Source: Methanomicrobiales archaeon
GTDB lineage: Archaea; Halobacteriota; Methanomicrobia; Methanomicrobiales; JACTUA01
Reading direction: 5' to 3'
Length of the DNA stretch: 64,000 nt
Assembly (NCBI GenBank): GCA_015660865.1
Contig: JACTUA010000001.1
Span: 200,304 to 264,303 of the forward strand
Shown piece after piece: positions 59,188 through 64,000 of the stretch. Each line of letters opens with the position of its first letter. The stretch's first letter is position 1. The notes below the pieces were generated by a model. It was not told the origin of the DNA and did not search any database. It saw only the letters and a list, made by a program, of their open reading frames with translations. Position numbers and translations under genes: made by a program.

Positions 59188-60315
59188 ATGACACAAATGG
59201 AATTCCCCTGCCTCAAGGCAGGGCAACATGGACGCACATTTTATTCGTGTGTGATCCCCGCTGACAGATTGTCTGAAATGTATAGTAAGGGAATAATCAA
59301 AGCAGATGTATGGAGGCCGGAACACAGACAGGGATATCAGAGAGAATCGGTCAGGCTAAGAGCACGCAAATTTGGTAATTATGTTAAGAGTAATGGCATT
59401 TCCCCCACATCGATCCTGTTATACCAGAGAGACCTGTCAAACGGCGTGGTGTTCGCTGATGGGAAAATCACTATCCCAGATATGAAATCTGATGAACCTT
59501 TGTTGTACATCGTTGATGGACAACACCGGGCACTCGGCCTTGAAGATGGGTTCGCAAGAGGTGATCTTGATGAAACCTTGAAATTCGACGTACCCGCTGT
59601 AATCCTCCTGAAAGGAGATCGAGATCCCTATATCGAAGAGGCAGAACAATTCGTCACTATAAATTCGACTCAAAAGCGGGTCAGAACCGATCTAGCCAGT
59701 CAGCAATTGCTGAAAATCGCGGAACAGGGTGGAATATTGAAAGGTGCAATCACAGATGGATCGATTATTGACGTCGGTGCACCAAAGGAAATTCTGAAAC
59801 TGTTTGCAACCCATGTTGCGAACATGCTTACAGATGATCCCTCCTCACCGCTGTATGGAAAAATTGTCCGACCGGCAACAGCACGTGCCGATTCGGGATT
59901 GCCATCTTCATCACAATTCGAAGACTCGCTGCTCGATAACTATGTCGAAGGATCAGTGATGTCATTCGCGGCGAATCGGGCATACACCATTGGGGAGCTT
60001 GTGGAGCTGCTGAAGAATTACTGGGCCGCGATCTTTGAACTTCTTCCTAGTGCAATTGAATCCCCTTCCGAGTACCATGTCACAAAGACGGTTGGGACGC
60101 ATGCATTAAACGCCCTTATACCCTCTATGTTCAATTTGAAGAGGCTCAAGAAAGTCCCGAGCAAGGAAGACTTTCAAAAAGTGCTTTCCACTCTCGAGTA
60201 CATGGCTGACGAATCCCACTGGGGTAAAGGAGGAACAATTGGCGGTTATGGTGGGGGGAAGGGAGCATTCAAAAGACTCACAAAGGATCTCCACACGGAT
60301 CTCCTCAATTCTTAA
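59188..60315 (+). CDS. DGQHR-domain (DndB-like, ParB-nuclease superfamily) protein, orphan
   Basis: LYIVDGQHRALGL is preceded by GYQRE and ILLYQRD. The FVTINSTQKRV motif is typical of the DndB/DGQHR family. GC is lower than the surroundings. Confidence 0.8.
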   Translation: MTQMEFPCLKAGQHGRTFYSCVIPADRLSEMYSKGIIKADVWRPEHRQGYQRESVRLRARKFGNYVKSNGISPTSILLYQRDLSNGVVFADGKITIPDMKSDEPLLYIVDGQHRALGLEDGFARGDLDETLKFDVPAVILLKGDRDPYIEEAEQFVTINSTQKRVRTDLASQQLLKIAEQGGILKGAITDGSIIDVGAPKEILKLFATHVANMLTDDPSSPLYGKIVRPATARADSGLPSSSQFEDSLLDNYVEGSVMSFAANRAYTIGELVELLKNYWAAIFELLPSAIESPSEYHVTKTVGTHALNALIPSMFNLKRLKKVPSKEDFQKVLSTLEYMADESHWGKGGTIGGYGGGKGAFKRLTKDLHTDLLNS

Positions 60316-60316
60316 T

Positions 60317-60327
60317 TCTTTTTTATC
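60317..60327 (+). terminator. T-tract terminator candidate after the DGQHR gene
   Basis: TTCTTTTTTAT lies directly after stop 60315. Confidence 0.3.
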
Positions 60328-60408
60328 CCATGACGTTGCATGGCGACCTGATAGGATAAGGCTTCCCGCCGGCCTGGAAAAATCGAGGGGAGGATTTCCG
60401 AGAGATCC

Positions 60409-61422
60409 CTATTTCCTCTTCGACTTCTCCTTCGCGAGCTTCTCGACCGCCGCGAGGTCGACCTTCGGCTCGACCAGGAGGCGCCCGGAGGCAACCGCCC
60501 GGTCGACGAAGGCCTTCCCGATCGGGGTGCGGACGAGGAGCGTGGTGGAGCCTTTCGGGGCCCCGACCGCTCCTGCCGAGATATCCGCATCCACGGCGGC
60601 AAAATCGGTGCAGGACCGGCACCCGGGCCGGACCGTCGCCTCCAGCTCCTTCAGGGGGATGGTGACCTGGTCCCGGCCCTCGACGGTTACCTCGAGCTTC
60701 CCGGCGACATTCAGCCTCTTCACCTGCCAGGGCTCGACATGATACTTCTCCCCGAGTACACCCTCGACGAGGGCACGGTAATCGAAGGTCTCGGTGCAGA
60801 ACAGGCCGATGAGAAGCCTGACCGACCGGCCATAGGGCTTTGCGAGCTGGTTGTCGCTCGCCCTCATCCTCTGGACCGCCTGGACCGCACATGGCACCCC
60901 CACCACCGCGAGCCGCCGGAGCTTCCTCTTCACCACCGCCTCCTTCAGGGATGCGAGGAGGGGGACCCACCACGAGTAGCGGGAGCCGGCCTCGTGGATG
61001 AGGGGCTCCGATGAGGTGATGATGGCCGAGCGGGGCTTGAGGGTGAACCGGTCCTCGGTGACCGTCACCACCCCGTCGATGAGCCCTTCATCGAGGGCAT
61101 TCGCGAGGATGGCGGTGACCGCCCCGCCGCTCTGCCGGTGGGGGACCTCGAAGCCCGCCCGGGCCGCGAGCGCCTCGGTGTACACGCCGAGCATCTGCCG
61201 CATCTCCCCTGAGGCCCTCGGGCAGATGGCATAGCAGACACCGCAGGGGACCCCGTCCTGGTCCTCCTTGCAGGTCCCGGTCGAGACCGGGCTGTTCATC
61301 CCCTTGCCTGTCTCGAAGAAGAGCCCCTCGCCAGGGCAGACCGCGACGCAGGCGCCGCAGCCCGAGCAGAGGCCGGCGTCCCACACATCCTTCTTCAGGT
61401 CCTTGTAGGTCTTCTCGGTCAT
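60409..61422 (-). CDS. FrhB/FdhB-family F420-binding iron-sulfur flavoprotein (putative electron-input subunit of glutamate synthase)
   Basis: N-terminal CSGCGACVAVCP and CGVCYAICP, then an FrhB-type body (GGAVTAIL..VGVPCAVQAV). Adjacent to the split gltB genes. Confidence 0.8.
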   Translation of the reverse strand: MTEKTYKDLKKDVWDAGLCSGCGACVAVCPGEGLFFETGKGMNSPVSTGTCKEDQDGVPCGVCYAICPRASGEMRQMLGVYTEALAARAGFEVPHRQSGGAVTAILANALDEGLIDGVVTVTEDRFTLKPRSAIITSSEPLIHEAGSRYSWWVPLLASLKEAVVKRKLRRLAVVGVPCAVQAVQRMRASDNQLAKPYGRSVRLLIGLFCTETFDYRALVEGVLGEKYHVEPWQVKRLNVAGKLEVTVEGRDQVTIPLKELEATVRPGCRSCTDFAAVDADISAGAVGAPKGSTTLLVRTPIGKAFVDRAVASGRLLVEPKVDLAAVEKLAKEKSKRK

Positions 61423-61424
61423 GA

Positions 61425-62165
61425 CTACTCCCAGACGTACTTGTTCGCGAACGGGCGGCTGCTTGACGGGGCGATACGCACATACTCCTCCGAGAGGAGC
61501 GATTCCCCGTCCAACCCGAAGTAGCCTGCGAACTCCCCGATGAGAGGGGCCATCCTCTCCTTCTCCTCCCTGCCTGCAGGCGATATCTTCGCGCCCACGC
61601 CCAGGAGGTGGGGAGGCACCTCTCCCCTGACGAAGATCTCGCCGCCGTGGATCCCGCTCCCGATGCCCCGCTCGGAGATGGCCGGTCCCGTGCCCAGGCC
61701 GAGGACGATGATGAGCCCGCCGGCCATGTACTCACCGAGGAAGGCGCGGGCGCTCCCCCCGACCACGAGGCAGGGCCTCTTGGACCTGTACTCCTTCATG
61801 TGGATCCCGCCCCGGTACCCGATATCGTCCCTGACAAAGATCTTCCCGCCCCGCATGGAGTGGGCGACCGCGTCCCCGGCAGATCCGTGGATCACGATCG
61901 TCCCCGCGTCCATGGTGTTCCCGGGCGCATGCTCTGCGTTCCCGTGGACGATGCAGGTGGGGCCTGACATGAACATCCCGAGGTCCCCTCCTGGAACGCC
62001 GTGGATGGTGATCCTGACATCCCCCTTCAGGCCGTCGGCTATGAACCTCTGGCCGAGGACGTTCTCGATCTCGATCTCCTTCGTCCCTTCGGCAACTCGC
62101 GCCCGGATGATCTGGTTCAGCTGGGTGTAGGAGAGGTCCGCAGCATCGATCCGGTAGGCGGCCAT
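61425..62165 (-). CDS. glutamate synthase alpha-subunit C-terminal (GXGXG) domain protein
   Basis: Repeated GxxGxxxG beta-helix motifs (IHGVPGGDLGMFMSG, IHGSAGDAVAHSMRGGKIFV, GGSARAFLGEYMAGG). Confidence 0.85.
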   Translation of the reverse strand: MAAYRIDAADLSYTQLNQIIRARVAEGTKEIEIENVLGQRFIADGLKGDVRITIHGVPGGDLGMFMSGPTCIVHGNAEHAPGNTMDAGTIVIHGSAGDAVAHSMRGGKIFVRDDIGYRGGIHMKEYRSKRPCLVVGGSARAFLGEYMAGGLIIVLGLGTGPAISERGIGSGIHGGEIFVRGEVPPHLLGVGAKISPAGREEKERMAPLIGEFAGYFGLDGESLLSEEYVRIAPSSSRPFANKYVWE

Positions 62166-62168
62166 CCC

Positions 62169-63680
62169 TCAGGCCCCCACCGTCTTGACATCGAGGACCT
62201 TCATGAGTCCCTCGTCGAGCATGTAGCCACGGAGCCGGTCGCGGTTCCCCCTGAGGCTCTCGATGCTGTTGATACCGGCTGCCCCCATCAGCTCGGAGAG
62301 CTCATGGGTCCAGGCCTGGATCAGGTTCGCGGCCTGCTTCGATCCCGTCTCGGGGTCGAGGCGGGAGACGAGGTCCTCCCGCTGGGTGGCGATCCCCCAG
62401 GGGCAGAGGCCGCGGTAGCAGTTCCCGCAGACCCGGCACCCGAGGGCAACGAGGGCCGCGGTGCCGATGTAGACCGCGTCCGCCCCGAGGATGATCGCCT
62501 TTGCCACGTCCGCGCTCTCCCGGATGCCCCCGCTCGCGATGAGCGAGACCTCGTTCCGGATCCCCTGCTCCCGAAGCTTCGCATCCGCCGACGCGATCGC
62601 GGCCTCGATGGGGATCCCGACATGATCCCGTGCAACCTTCGGCGCGGCGCCGGTGCCGCCCCGGAACCCGTCGATGACCACCGCGTCCGCCGATGAGCGG
62701 GCAATCCCGGCAGCGATGGCCGCGGTGTTGTGGACCGCCGCTATCTTCACAAAGACCGGTTTCTTCCACTCGGTGGCCTCCTTGAGGGAACGGACGAGCT
62801 GCTTCAGGTCCTCGATGCTGTAGATGTCATGGTGGGGGAAGGGGCTGAGGGCATCCGTGCCGACGGGGATCATCCGGGTGGAGGAGACGTCCTCGTCCAC
62901 CTTCTCGCCCGGGAGGTGCCCGCCGAGCCCCGGCTTCGCCCCCTGCCCGATCTTGATCTCGATGGCGGCACCCCGCTCGAGGTAATCGATGTCCACCCCG
63001 AACCGGCCCGATGCCACCTGGACGATCATGCGGTCCTGGTAGGGGTAGAGGGCATGGTGGAGCCCTCCTTCGCCGGTTCCCATATAGGTCCCCATCTCTT
63101 TCGCCGCCCTGGCAAGGGAGAGCTGGGCGTTCCGGCTGATGGCCCCGTATGACATGTGCGCGATCATGATGGGGGTCTCGAGCATGAGGTTCGGGCTGAG
63201 CTTCGTGAGGAGCTCCACGTCGCCTTTCTCGTCCTTCCGAATCTCGAGCCGCGACGGCTTCTTCCCCACATACGTTCGGAGCTCCATCGGCTCCCGGAGG
63301 GGGTCGATCGAGGGGTTCGTGACCTGGCATGCATCGAGGACGAGCCGGTCGAAGATGACGGGATAGGGGAGCGCGTTCCCCATGCCTGCGAGGATGATCT
63401 TCCCTGAACGGGCCTGGGTGTAGATCGACTCCCGAATCTCCCTCGTCCAGAGGGGGTGGCTCCGGTAGTCGACAGGTCGTTCCTTCAGGTCGATCGCGTC
63501 CCGGGGACACATGGCTATGCACCGGTGGCAGGCCGTGCACCTCCGGGAGTCGATGAGGATCCGGCCATCGGAGGACCGGAAGACCCCGTAGGGGCAGCTC
63601 TCGACGCACCGCTCGCAGAGCATGCACTGGTCCCGGTCGATGGAGATCCGGTATCTGGGGGGCACGGCTCCGATGCTCAT
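62169..63680 (-). CDS. glutamate synthase FMN/[3Fe-4S] domain protein with N-terminal 2x[4Fe-4S] ferredoxin
   Basis: [24 protein letters not shown], then [24 protein letters not shown] and ASGGIR. Confidence 0.9.
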   Translation of the reverse strand: MSIGAVPPRYRISIDRDQCMLCERCVESCPYGVFRSSDGRILIDSRRCTACHRCIAMCPRDAIDLKERPVDYRSHPLWTREIRESIYTQARSGKIILAGMGNALPYPVIFDRLVLDACQVTNPSIDPLREPMELRTYVGKKPSRLEIRKDEKGDVELLTKLSPNLMLETPIMIAHMSYGAISRNAQLSLARAAKEMGTYMGTGEGGLHHALYPYQDRMIVQVASGRFGVDIDYLERGAAIEIKIGQGAKPGLGGHLPGEKVDEDVSSTRMIPVGTDALSPFPHHDIYSIEDLKQLVRSLKEATEWKKPVFVKIAAVHNTAAIAAGIARSSADAVVIDGFRGGTGAAPKVARDHVGIPIEAAIASADAKLREQGIRNEVSLIASGGIRESADVAKAIILGADAVYIGTAALVALGCRVCGNCYRGLCPWGIATQREDLVSRLDPETGSKQAANLIQAWTHELSELMGAAGINSIESLRGNRDRLRGYMLDEGLMKVLDVKTVGA

Positions 63681-64000
63681 GACTCAACCCTCCCGATGAC
63701 CGGGTAACCGGCCCTGGGCATGGAGACCTTGCCGACCTCGGGGTCCATCCTCCGTATGGCCGCCTCCTCGCTCGAGATGTAGAGCTTCTTCCCGTTCTCC
63801 CCGGCCACGAGGGGGCGGAGCTTGATCCGGTCCGTGATCCCGAGCATCATATCCGGCCGGGCGACGACGATGGCGAAGGGGCCGTTCATGAGGGCCGGAC
63901 CGTAGGTGAGCCTGATGGCGGTGTCGAGCTCCCGCTCCTTCTCCTCCATCCTGTCGATCTCGTCCCAGAAGGGGGGGGCGAGGGCCTTCATCGCGAGATC
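63677..64000 (-). CDS. class II glutamine amidotransferase domain of split glutamate synthase (partial, N-terminus beyond the right edge)
   Basis: The reading frame is open to the window edge. ..[26 protein letters not shown].. is GltB-GATase C-terminal sequence. 4-nt overlap with the FMN-domain gene. Confidence 0.75.
   Translation of the reverse strand, partial: DLAMKALAPPFWDEIDRMEEKERELDTAIRLTYGPALMNGPFAIVVARPDMMLGITDRIKLRPLVAGENGKKLYISSEEAAIRRMDPEVGKVSMPRAGYPVIGRVES

Overview
GC-rich euryarchaeal chromosome segment, judged methanogen-like (Methanomicrobia type) from the split rpoB (B''/B'), split rpoA, F420-type FrhB subunit, CoFeSP/ACS genes, PdaD and an archaeal split glutamate synthase. 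Most of the window is housekeeping. It holds Elp3, PriS and GINS. It holds the conserved L44e-S27e-aIF2alpha-Nop10-PAC2 block and EndoQ. It also holds the rpoH-rpoB2-rpoB1-rpoA1-rpoA2-L30e-NusA operon, RNase HII, the CCA-adding enzyme, ThpR, MsrB, tRNA-Pro(GGG) and tRNA-Lys(UUU). The parts worth a second look are listed here. (1) A visibly AT-rich three-gene island (about 45.1-49.0 kb) sits directly after nusA, where rps12/rps7 normally follow. It encodes a large ORF with a DUF4365-like nuclease N-terminus and two unknown ORFs, separated by GC-rich inverted-repeat elements. (2) A second AT-rich patch carries a GmrSD-like type IV restriction gene and an orphan DGQHR (DndB-like) gene on either side of msrB. 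(3) A vWA-PP2C-Ser/Thr kinase operon (TerY-P-triad-like) has a fourth gene encoding a beta-helix protein. (4) A bacterial-type AcsB-AcsD-AcsC-RACo-CooC cluster has no CODH subunit in the window and contains an embedded MetE-like Zn methyltransferase. (5) An nrdD ORF stops where the C-terminal Zn-ribbon and glycyl-radical domain should begin, and it overlaps a DUF1786-like gene. (6) At two loci the 3' end of a gene is repeated in degenerate tandem copies. No CRISPR array, rRNA, integrase or transposase gene was seen. All family assignments come from reading motifs by eye. No searches were run.
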